This document shows positions 49,381 to 57,430 of a stretch of 64,000 nucleotides of DNA, piece by piece. Each line of letters starts with the position of its first letter. Position 1 is the stretch's first letter. Source of the DNA: a virus (Duplodnaviria; Caudoviricetes); IMG/VR virus record IMGVR_UViG_3300031760_000001, positions 96,001 to 160,000 of that record; one strand, written 5' to 3'. The position numbers and the translations under genes were made by a program. The notes under the pieces were generated by a model. It was not told the origin of the DNA. It saw only the letters and a list, made by a program, of their open reading frames with translations, and searched no databases.

Positions 49381-49797
49381 ATGGCTAATAAAAATGATTC
49401 AAAACAACTCATTTCTGAAATGAAAGAAATGTTGAACAAGTCAAGTAAAAGAAAAATGACTTTGGAAGGACTTGTTTATGGTGAAGATGGTGAGGAAATG
49501 ATGAATGACCAGATGGGTGCACCTGCACCAGAAAGTAATGCCCCAACGCCTGGAGCACCAGAACAACAGGGACAGATGCAGGGACAGGCACAGATGCCTG
49601 GCATGGAAAACAAAGAACCAAACGCACTTGACGGTGACCCAGAAATTACCAAACTCATAACCAACATCCGTGTACAGACACTTGAAGGTTTGAGAAGGCT
49701 TGCCGAGACACCTGAAAGCCCACAATATGATTTATTGAAAAAAATATTCCTTTTGGTTGACAAGGCTGTTGAAGATAAAGTTGACCCAGAAAAATAA
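49381..49797 (+). CDS. Hypothetical protein with a Met/Pro/Gln-rich linker (late gene)
   Basis: ATG-initiated ORF preceded by TATTTAT, immediately upstream of the tail tube gene. Confidence 0.7.
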   Translation: MANKNDSKQLISEMKEMLNKSSKRKMTLEGLVYGEDGEEMMNDQMGAPAPESNAPTPGAPEQQGQMQGQAQMPGMENKEPNALDGDPEITKLITNIRVQTLEGLRRLAETPESPQYDLLKKIFLLVDKAVEDKVDPEK

Positions 49798-49844
49798 TTT
49801 TCAATATATTTATTATTAAATAAAAATTAAATTTAAAGAGAGAT

Positions 49845-50333
49845 ATGTCTGATTTGTTAATTAAAGCTCCTGTAACTTATGAGTTATTGAGAAAAAATAG
49901 ATTTTTGCTTAGATTCCCTTCTGACTTGGGAATTCAGGAATGGTGGGTTCTCAGTTGTTCACGTCCTGGTATCACCCAGACTTCAGTTGAAATTCCTTTT
50001 ATGAACACCAGCAACTACGTTGTAGGTCGTTACAACTGGGAAGAAATCAATGTTACATTGCGTGACCCTATTGGACCATCAGCATCACAGGCTGTAATGG
50101 AATGGGTACGTTTGCACTCAGAATCAGTGACTGGTCGTCAAGGTTACGCTGTTGCTTACAAGAGAGACCTTATTCTTGAAATGCTTGACCCAACAGGTAC
50201 AGCAGTTTCACAGTGGATTATCAAGGAAGCTTTCATCACATCCGCAAAATTCAGTGAATTGGATTACAGTGGTGATGATGTTGCAACTATTGACCTTACC
50301 TTACGTCCATTCTATTGTATATTAGCATTCTAA
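49845..50333 (+). CDS. Tail tube protein (T4 gp19-like)
   Basis: RKNRFLLRFP...RPGI...EIPFMN...GRYNWEEINVTLRDPIGPSASQAVMEW...YKRDLILEMLDPTG...W....AF......LDY. Confidence 0.9.
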   Translation: MSDLLIKAPVTYELLRKNRFLLRFPSDLGIQEWWVLSCSRPGITQTSVEIPFMNTSNYVVGRYNWEEINVTLRDPIGPSASQAVMEWVRLHSESVTGRQGYAVAYKRDLILEMLDPTGTAVSQWIIKEAFITSAKFSELDYSGDDVATIDLTLRPFYCILAF

Positions 50334-50363
50334 AATTCTACTAAAATAATTATTTGTTCTCAT

Positions 50364-50401
50364 TCAACATGTTTTTTTTAAGAACATGTTGATTTTTTTT
50401 T
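50364..50401 (+). terminator. Putative terminator after the tail tube gene
   Basis: tcaacatgtt...aacatgttga stem followed by T9. Confidence 0.65.
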
Positions 50402-50447
50402 ATACTGTATTATATTATTAATATAATAAATAAAAACAATTGTTTAT

Positions 50448-51098
50448 ATGGTAGATGATAAAATAAAAGAAATATTAATTAAACCATCCTCAGATAAGGA
50501 TGTGTTGGAACGATGGAAAAAAATTGGATTGACACAAGGTCTTAAAGATGAAATAGAACTTAAAGTCGCATGGGCATATGAAAATATGGCCCAGGCTCTA
50601 TGTTTAGACAAAAATTTTTATAGTAATTGGTTTATTTCTAAACATGATTGGTTTGTAGATGTTATTTTCCCAATTATTCGCCGAACAATGTGTGAATATT
50701 ACGAAAAACATAACGAAATTAAGTCAATTGAAACAAATGATTATTTCGAATTCTTCAAAAACCACACATTATCTGATATAATCAACAACGATTATTGGAA
50801 TTATGATGACACCTACGAAGAAATTAATGACACTAAAGAAAATATTATTGAGGCAAAACATATTTTCAGCAAAATTTTCGAAGTTATTGATGAAAATACA
50901 AAATTAATTGATTTCAATTTTCGTGAAATTGATATGAATGATATTAACGAAAGGTTGGAAAAAGAAAATCCAGAAAATGCAAGTCATCCAGAAGATAAAT
51001 ACAATGAAAGACGTTATTCATGTATAACAATAGATACTGAAGCTGTGTTTGTTGCCATGATTACTGAAATTATTATAAAAGAAATATTTGAAAAATAA
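50448..51098 (+). CDS. Hypothetical protein whose N-terminus resembles the gp23-type major capsid protein N-terminal region
   Basis: VLERWKKIGLTQGL...AWAYENMAQAL...VIFPIIRR. Only 216 aa, too short for a capsid protein. Confidence 0.55.
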   Translation: MVDDKIKEILIKPSSDKDVLERWKKIGLTQGLKDEIELKVAWAYENMAQALCLDKNFYSNWFISKHDWFVDVIFPIIRRTMCEYYEKHNEIKSIETNDYFEFFKNHTLSDIINNDYWNYDDTYEEINDTKENIIEAKHIFSKIFEVIDENTKLIDFNFREIDMNDINERLEKENPENASHPEDKYNERRYSCITIDTEAVFVAMITEIIIKEIFEK

Positions 51099-51116
51099 AC
51101 AATAACCGACAGCAAT

Positions 51117-51149
51117 AAAAAAGCCCTGCATTTTGCAGGGCTTTTCTTT
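51117..51149. terminator. Bidirectional intrinsic terminator between convergent genes
   Basis: aaaagccctgca-ttt-tgcagggctttt. Confidence 0.9.
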
Positions 51150-51166
51150 TATGTGTGTTACATTGA

Positions 51167-54100
51167 TTAGTTCCATTGTACTCCGCTCGGAGTTACTGAC
51201 AATGTGATATCGATGTATTCAAGAATCTGAGTAGGTTTGATGTGGATGATTGCAGGAAGTTCAAGTCTGTCTCTTGCCTCATCACTCTCATCAACCTCGA
51301 TGTAGTAGTCATAGATACCACGGTTCTTCTTAACCTCGTCAAGAACTGACCTGACACTGCTCTTGAATGAGTCAACAACTGTTTTGTCGTTAGGGTCAAA
51401 GATGAGACCGATGCAAGCATTCTGCAACAGATTCTTCAAGCGGATAAGAAGTCTTCTCTTAGAAATTCTGTTCATAATGTTGTCAGCAACCTGGAGGTTC
51501 TTGTCACCCCAGATTTTGTCACCCTCTTTTGCGAATGAGTTGATAAAGTTGATTCTTCCCTCATAAAGAGTGTCCTGTTCAGCAAGTTTAAGTTTGCGTT
51601 TTGGTTCAACGCCAGTGATGTCACCACGGTTCCAACCAGCCGAAGCGTACCAAGGATATTTAATATTGTCTGTATAAGCCATATTACGTACAACGTCAAG
51701 TGTTACAGGTAAATAAATGTATTGGTTATTTGAATCATCATAGTATTTTTCCCATGGATAATATGTACAAGCGTAGTTGGTGTCAATTTCACTTGTTTCA
51801 AGATTTGAAACAGCCTCATCTGGAGTGTACATTTCAATTTTACTGTCACCAGCACCGAAAGGTTTGTCAGGTGTTGTAACAACATAAAGTGAATCACCAC
51901 GGTCTTCCTCGATAATGTCAATAATATCGTTTACAAGCAATGTCTGGTTAACATAGTCGATACCTGGGGTAGCGAATAAGTTAAGTGTAACGGTTTTAGG
52001 GTTATCCAACTGTTTGACACCAGCAAGGTATGCGTAGTAGTCTGAATTGATAATCTTAGTCTCACCGTCAAAACCATAAACTTCAGCGTCTTTCACATAT
52101 GAGAACATAGTACCGTCACCACTTATTTTGTTAACTGAACCTTTGTATTTGTTTACACGGAAATCGTCGTTGTTAGAACGTGAGGTTCTGTAGTAATCCC
52201 ATCCGTCCCAGCCGCCGTAGAAGCATACAGTGAATTTACGGTAAGCTTTGTCCTCGTAAATTGTACCTTCCATTACATCGTCAGTACCGATACGTGGTTC
52301 AATACCAGCGTCGGTTGTCTCAGCCATACTTACAGTCGACCAGGTATAACCAGTCACACCGTCAACGTCAACCACCTGTTTGTTTGTACCATCAGTTACA
52401 TAATAAACACCATTTTCTGGTTTTTCCTCAGGTTTACCATTAAGAATACGCGCATCCAAGTGGAAACAAGGAGTAAGATAATCTGGGTCATCATTGTAAG
52501 CCTCAACACCCTTGTATGAAAGAATGTCTTCGTCAATACCGATAAGGTCTGACATACCGAAGTACTGTTTCTTGATTCTTATCTCATCGTCAACAGTTGT
52601 ATTGAATTTTACATAAGGCTGTTTCAATGGGGTTGTAAGTTGCTCATTTGGATTAGCAAACTCATAAAGACCCAAACCATTGTAATTTCTCACTGGATAA
52701 CCAAGGAAACCACAAGGAATTGACTGCATTGTAATATCATCCTCGTTAATTTCAACAGTCACATAAGCTGACTGACTAACATAAGTCTCGTCAAGAGTAC
52801 CGATTCTAAGACCAAGGTAATTGCTTGTGCCTGGAACCAAAGAACATCTGGTATATCTCTCAATGATATTAGGATTCAAGTCAGTATCATAGAATGAACG
52901 AATAACAACATCAAATACACCACCGTCAGGGTCAATATTCTCAATTGATACCTTAACCTCGTTCACTGAGTTGTTACCATCTGAAATTGTGTGGAATCTG
53001 AACAATTTGTGAAGTTTGATATCCTCACCGCTACCTTTAACCTCAGATACAATCCAAGGAGTTGATGAATAACGGAAAGGTTCTTTATAGTTGTTCATAT
53101 CGAATGTGATTGGCATAACATCACCCTCATTGGCAGTGTCAGCATCTTCAAAATCTTTATAAACATAATACATATCATCAGAAGCGCATTTCACACAGTT
53201 ACGTAAAATGTAATCGTTTCTAACAACATCCCTGTCATAATTGTACATAAGCAGATATTCTGCCTTGTCACTGTATTCACCGTAGAAATATTCTTTCTTA
53301 CCTGTAGCAGGATTATTCCATGACATTACTGTATAGATGTGTCCGACAGAACCTAACTGTTCATTCCAAGTTGCACCATTGTCACTTGAAACACGAACTT
53401 TGATATTATTCTGTTTTGACTCTGAATAAGTATAAAGATAACGTTTCCTCAAATGTTTCTTAGACAGGTTACTTGCATCCAAAGTCAACAAATCATTGAC
53501 AGGAGCATGGTCTGGTACAATGTTTACACAAGGGAATTTAACTAACTCACTGTTAATTGCATTAATTTCACCAGCCATAATTAATTGTTCAAGTGCAACA
53601 TCATAAAGTTCCTCAACATAAATGTCAGCGTCACCAACCTCTGGGTCAGTACCGAGGACTTTGGTAATATAGTTTTTGTCACTTGGATTCAATGAAACTG
53701 AATATGAATGCTTAATAACATCATCAATACCACAAATATCACAACCCTTAATTGAGTCAACATTAATAGTAAATCTACCATAATTTGTCAAATCTGCATT
53801 GAAATCACCAGTCAATGTGTTATATCCTGGATTACAATCGTCATTAAGATTCAAAGTTGTACTTGGTACAAGCTCGACTTTCTTAGCATAATAATCAATA
53901 CCGTCATATTTGTAAACTGGATTGCCACATTCATCTTCACCGTCGATAACAGCTCTCTTGTGTTCACCACGTGAACGGAGAACACCAATTACAACATTGT
54001 CGTAACTTGCAGTGGTGTCTTCAATACAAACAGTACCAAGTTCATCAAGCATATAAAGATAACCTTTACCAGTTTCCTCAATGTGTGGGTTGTCGCTTAC

Positions 54101-55135
54101 TTCGTAATTTGAATAATAAGCAGACAATCTCTGTTTGTTAAAATCGTAAGCAGTGTCATAACTAATATCGTCATCAAGAACATTATCATCAAATACATTC
54201 TTTGGTAAAACAATGTATTTGTATGTTACGACACCTGTACTGGTAACCTCGTCAAATGCTTTTACCATTTTGATATTGTCCGTATAGGTATCGGTAACAT
54301 TAGGTGTATTATCATGTGTACTAGTATCACAATCATTAACACTGTAGATAATAGCAACTTGTCCCTGGTCATTTTTCTCATAAACCAACGATAATTTACC
54401 ACCAATAACACTAACACCGTCATTTGTGTATCCTAAGTCAATGACAGCAAATGAATTACCCCAATTTCTTAAATTAGCATAATCCCTTAAATTAGTAGCG
54501 GTTCCGAATTCTTTTTTCAATCCTTCTGGAAGACCATTGAACTGGTCATCAAAATTATCGTCGAAGTAATATACTTCCAAGCTTGTGTTTGCAGGTACAT
54601 CAGCAGCATAGACATTTGTTATTGAAGGTGGTTCTGTACCAGGAACAGGTTGTGGAACAGTTAAACTGATATTATTGACACCGTTGACATAATAACCATT
54701 CTCCTTTTTCATTCCTTCAACAAAAACATCATCAATCGGTTGAGCATCTATTGGTTGGTATGCATAACCAGTCTCGCAATCATGTTTCGTTGCAGTCAAA
54801 ACCCAAGCAGGACCAGCGTTTACACCTGACAAACCAAGAACTCTGACAACCTCAAGCTGTTTTGATTGTTTCAAATATTCCTGGGCTATGTATGGAAGCT
54901 CATATTTTGGGTATTGTGAACCACGGAATTTCTGTGTGTTTGTTCCTCCGAAATATGACTGGAATTCACGCCAATCCTCAATTGGAATTGGTTGGAAAGC
55001 AGGACCTTTTACAGTTTCACCTGAAAGTCCCAAAGTAGTGATACCCAAAGACTGTGTTGAGTAATCAACAACAGTTTCCTTGTAGTATATACCAGGACTT
55101 GCATGTGTTCTTCTTGTATTATTTCTTTTAGCCAT
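51167..55135 (-). CDS. Tail sheath protein (gp18-like) with large insertions
   Basis: SPGIY..E, GETVKGPAFQP, F...FGG, VVRVLG, GGWDG, NLFATPGID, YACTYYPW, PWYASAGWNRG, LYEGRIN, IWGDKNLQ, RISKRRLL, FDPND, IKPTQILEYI. Confidence 0.95.
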   Translation of the reverse strand: MAKRNNTRRTHASPGIYYKETVVDYSTQSLGITTLGLSGETVKGPAFQPIPIEDWREFQSYFGGTNTQKFRGSQYPKYELPYIAQEYLKQSKQLEVVRVLGLSGVNAGPAWVLTATKHDCETGYAYQPIDAQPIDDVFVEGMKKENGYYVNGVNNISLTVPQPVPGTEPPSITNVYAADVPANTSLEVYYFDDNFDDQFNGLPEGLKKEFGTATNLRDYANLRNWGNSFAVIDLGYTNDGVSVIGGKLSLVYEKNDQGQVAIIYSVNDCDTSTHDNTPNVTDTYTDNIKMVKAFDEVTSTGVVTYKYIVLPKNVFDDNVLDDDISYDTAYDFNKQRLSAYYSNYEVSDNPHIEETGKGYLYMLDELGTVCIEDTTASYDNVVIGVLRSRGEHKRAVIDGEDECGNPVYKYDGIDYYAKKVELVPSTTLNLNDDCNPGYNTLTGDFNADLTNYGRFTINVDSIKGCDICGIDDVIKHSYSVSLNPSDKNYITKVLGTDPEVGDADIYVEELYDVALEQLIMAGEINAINSELVKFPCVNIVPDHAPVNDLLTLDASNLSKKHLRKRYLYTYSESKQNNIKVRVSSDNGATWNEQLGSVGHIYTVMSWNNPATGKKEYFYGEYSDKAEYLLMYNYDRDVVRNDYILRNCVKCASDDMYYVYKDFEDADTANEGDVMPITFDMNNYKEPFRYSSTPWIVSEVKGSGEDIKLHKLFRFHTISDGNNSVNEVKVSIENIDPDGGVFDVVIRSFYDTDLNPNIIERYTRCSLVPGTSNYLGLRIGTLDETYVSQSAYVTVEINEDDITMQSIPCGFLGYPVRNYNGLGLYEFANPNEQLTTPLKQPYVKFNTTVDDEIRIKKQYFGMSDLIGIDEDILSYKGVEAYNDDPDYLTPCFHLDARILNGKPEEKPENGVYYVTDGTNKQVVDVDGVTGYTWSTVSMAETTDAGIEPRIGTDDVMEGTIYEDKAYRKFTVCFYGGWDGWDYYRTSRSNNDDFRVNKYKGSVNKISGDGTMFSYVKDAEVYGFDGETKIINSDYYAYLAGVKQLDNPKTVTLNLFATPGIDYVNQTLLVNDIIDIIEEDRGDSLYVVTTPDKPFGAGDSKIEMYTPDEAVSNLETSEIDTNYACTYYPWEKYYDDSNNQYIYLPVTLDVVRNMAYTDNIKYPWYASAGWNRGDITGVEPKRKLKLAEQDTLYEGRINFINSFAKEGDKIWGDKNLQVADNIMNRISKRRLLIRLKNLLQNACIGLIFDPNDKTVVDSFKSSVRSVLDEVKKNRGIYDYYIEVDESDEARDRLELPAIIHIKPTQILEYIDITLSVTPSGVQWN

Positions 55136-55164
55136 ATTATTAAAATATTTTAATTATTATATAT

Positions 55165-55174
55165 TATAAATATC
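55165..55174 (-). promoter_or_regulatory. Late-type promoter motif GATATTTATA upstream of the tail sheath gene (representative of about 11 copies)
   Basis: TATTTAT(A/T) occurs on the sense strand shortly upstream of many structural gene starts; positions are listed in findings. Confidence 0.6.
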
Positions 55175-55191
55175 AGATAACAATCAAAAAG

Positions 55192-55566
55192 TTAAAATAA
55201 AGGCTCCAATTTTTCAATAATACTCAAATCAACAGCTGGTGTATTTTTATATTCTGTCTCATTTATACAATAAATATCGTCCCGTGTTATACCATATGTA
55301 TTGACCTCTATCAGGGAATTCAATATGACTTGGTATATCATTTTGTTGGTTTCACTAAGTTCACATCCCTCATTTTTTAGTTCGGGCAACAACTCAACCA
55401 TACGGTTTATGGTATAATCACTTATTTCGTTCAAGTGTTTCTTTAATTGAAACAGTTTAAAACCAACATTTATTGGATATTTAATATGTTCTTGAAATAG
55501 AACTTCAACAGCATCGTTCAACGCCAATATTTCTTCAACTCTTAAGGTTTTTGTTATTTCTTCCAT
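55192..55566 (-). CDS. Hypothetical protein (ATG at 55566)
   Basis: MEEITKTLRVEEIL... The track's TTG start lies inside the TTGTATATT motif. Confidence 0.65.
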   Translation of the reverse strand: MEEITKTLRVEEILALNDAVEVLFQEHIKYPINVGFKLFQLKKHLNEISDYTINRMVELLPELKNEGCELSETNKMIYQVILNSLIEVNTYGITRDDIYCINETEYKNTPAVDLSIIEKLEPLF

Positions 55567-55603
55567 ATCATCAATATACAAAATAAATTGAAAAAAATAA
55601 AAT

Positions 55604-55767
55604 TCCCTATAAGGTCCTTATATCTAAAGTCAATAATAATAATATATTTATTTTACTTATAGGTTCTTTATAACAAAAGTACTTTAGATATAAGGAAAAA
55701 AATTAAATATAATAAATATTTAATTTTTTTTTTGTACTTAAAATATAAGTACTTATAGCTATAAGTT
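55604..55767. repeat. Cluster of inverted repeats and palindromes in a non-coding region
   Basis: 16-bp perfect IR at 55615-55630/55681-55696. 15-bp perfect IR at 55696-55710/55716-55730. Palindromes tataagtacttata (55744-55757) and acttatagctataagt (55751-55766). Confidence 0.85.
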
Positions 55768-55788
55768 ATGGGAAAAAATCAAAAAAAG

Positions 55789-56811
55789 TTAAATCAAAAC
55801 TCCCTTGAATATAATTTCAGATGATTTTAATGTTATAGGTTTTACAAATTTGATGAATATTTCGTCGCCAGGTTTTATTGTTAACTTAGAATATATGTCA
55901 ACGTCTTCATCGTTTATCTTCATTGATATCTTGTTGGCGTTTTCTTTGTCAACAAAATTCAACTCCATCTTTTCATCCAGTTTGAAATTAACTTTAGAGA
56001 CATTTTTATTGAATTTTATATTCAATGTAAAATCCTTTTCCGAATCATCATCACAATCCATTGTAACCATTGTCTTGTCATACTGTTTCAGACTAGTTGT
56101 TACTTTTTTTCTTTTGGGTATTATATTTACTTTAATGTCATCCTTTGGTATAATATAAGCCATCAAAGTTATATCCATCGACTGGCTGTAAAATTTACGA
56201 CCGTCTATTGAATAATCTGATACATCACTTATATTGTCAAGTACCATAGGCATATAATGCCCGTTTACACACAAATAACATTGTTTTGATTCAAACAATT
56301 TGTTCACTTTTTGGTTAAAATCATTAAGATATTTGTATTTTCCTGTTACCAAAGTATACCTATACTTAACATCAACCTGAATAGGTTGACTCATTGATGT
56401 TATTTCATAACATTCAACACCAGTGTCATCAAGAATTTCTCTCATCAACACCGTGAATCGGTTATTTCCTGGTATATTGAATGCACCGCCTTGTAAAGTA
56501 CCCCAATTAGGGTTATTTTCCCTTGTTATGGTAAAAAAGTTCATTAAAAGATTACCATCAGCGTCATCATGACCCCATGTCTGTGAGAACTCACTGAATC
56601 TTTGACTACTGAAAAATGTAAAAGTGTTGAACATTTTTCCCTCTTCATCAACTAAAACAACATTGTTTTTGAAAAATTCGCAAAAAGTATGGTCAATATC
56701 TTCATATTCAACTGGATTTGGTACAATAGGAGCGTTTTTCAGTTCATTTTCCTGAAAAGACAGCCTCTTACCGTCACCATATTCCATTTTTCCCATGTTC
56801 AAACTTCTCAT
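55789..56811 (-). CDS. Putative neck/tail-completion protein
   Basis: VEYEDIDHTF..F, SSQRFSEFSQTW, ITR, PIQVDVKY. Follows a gp14-like gene. Start adjusted to MRSLNM. Confidence 0.55.
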   Translation of the reverse strand: MRSLNMGKMEYGDGKRLSFQENELKNAPIVPNPVEYEDIDHTFCEFFKNNVVLVDEEGKMFNTFTFFSSQRFSEFSQTWGHDDADGNLLMNFFTITRENNPNWGTLQGGAFNIPGNNRFTVLMREILDDTGVECYEITSMSQPIQVDVKYRYTLVTGKYKYLNDFNQKVNKLFESKQCYLCVNGHYMPMVLDNISDVSDYSIDGRKFYSQSMDITLMAYIIPKDDIKVNIIPKRKKVTTSLKQYDKTMVTMDCDDDSEKDFTLNIKFNKNVSKVNFKLDEKMELNFVDKENANKISMKINDEDVDIYSKLTIKPGDEIFIKFVKPITLKSSEIIFKGVLI

Positions 56812-56827
56812 AATATACAGTTTTGTT

Positions 56828-57349
56828 TTATAAAGCTTTAAATTCAGCATCTGTAACTGGTGTTGCTTCAATCACTCTGAATCCAGTCTTATATGCACCA
56901 AGAACCAACTGGTTTGCTGTATTTACCTTACCATCATTGGTTACAACCCAATAATACATACGGTTTTCTTCAATCAGAACACCGATATAATCACCCCTTT
57001 TGATGTCAAAGTCATATTTTTCAAATGAAAGCAGGTTAATATAAACTTTAAGGTTACCGCTTATTGAATATACACCTGTCTGAGTCTTGTTTTCATAGGA
57101 TTTCAGTGTCTGGTCTTGTATTTCATAGAGACATGGTATTTCCACAGGCGGAAGAAAGTGTACAGTGGTATTTGCCTCTTTATATATGTCATTCACCTGG
57201 GTTGCTTTCCTGTCAACCTGGTAAACAACGACAGTCTGGTTAACATCCTCTTCCATATAACTTTCAACAAGCTCCATTTCCAGGTCAAAGTCTTCCTTGG
57301 AATAGAACATGTTGTTTCTTGTGACTGGTGTATATGTGTTGTTCGGCAT
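56828..57349 (-). CDS. Putative head-tail connector/neck protein (gp14-like)
   Basis: QTVVVYQVD..T..NDIYKEA....FLPPVEI...DIKRGDYI. Preceded by GATATTTATA. Confidence 0.6.
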   Translation of the reverse strand: MPNNTYTPVTRNNMFYSKEDFDLEMELVESYMEEDVNQTVVVYQVDRKATQVNDIYKEANTTVHFLPPVEIPCLYEIQDQTLKSYENKTQTGVYSISGNLKVYINLLSFEKYDFDIKRGDYIGVLIEENRMYYWVVTNDGKVNTANQLVLGAYKTGFRVIEATPVTDAEFKAL

Positions 57350-57430
57350 AATATCAAGATTTTTATATAAATATCATTGGAATTGAAAAAAAGTTGTATA
57401 TTATTATCATGTTATATATATATTATATTT

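Noticed and set aside
14789-55135. Bacterial extracellular contractile injection system or tailocin locus
   Set aside because: Sheath, tube and baseplate genes are interspersed with phage replication and neck genes, with no host housekeeping context. This is a phage genome segment.
14489-55788. tRNA or other recognisable RNA genes in the intergenic gaps
   Set aside because: The gaps are short and very AT-rich; I saw no cloverleaf or T-loop signatures.
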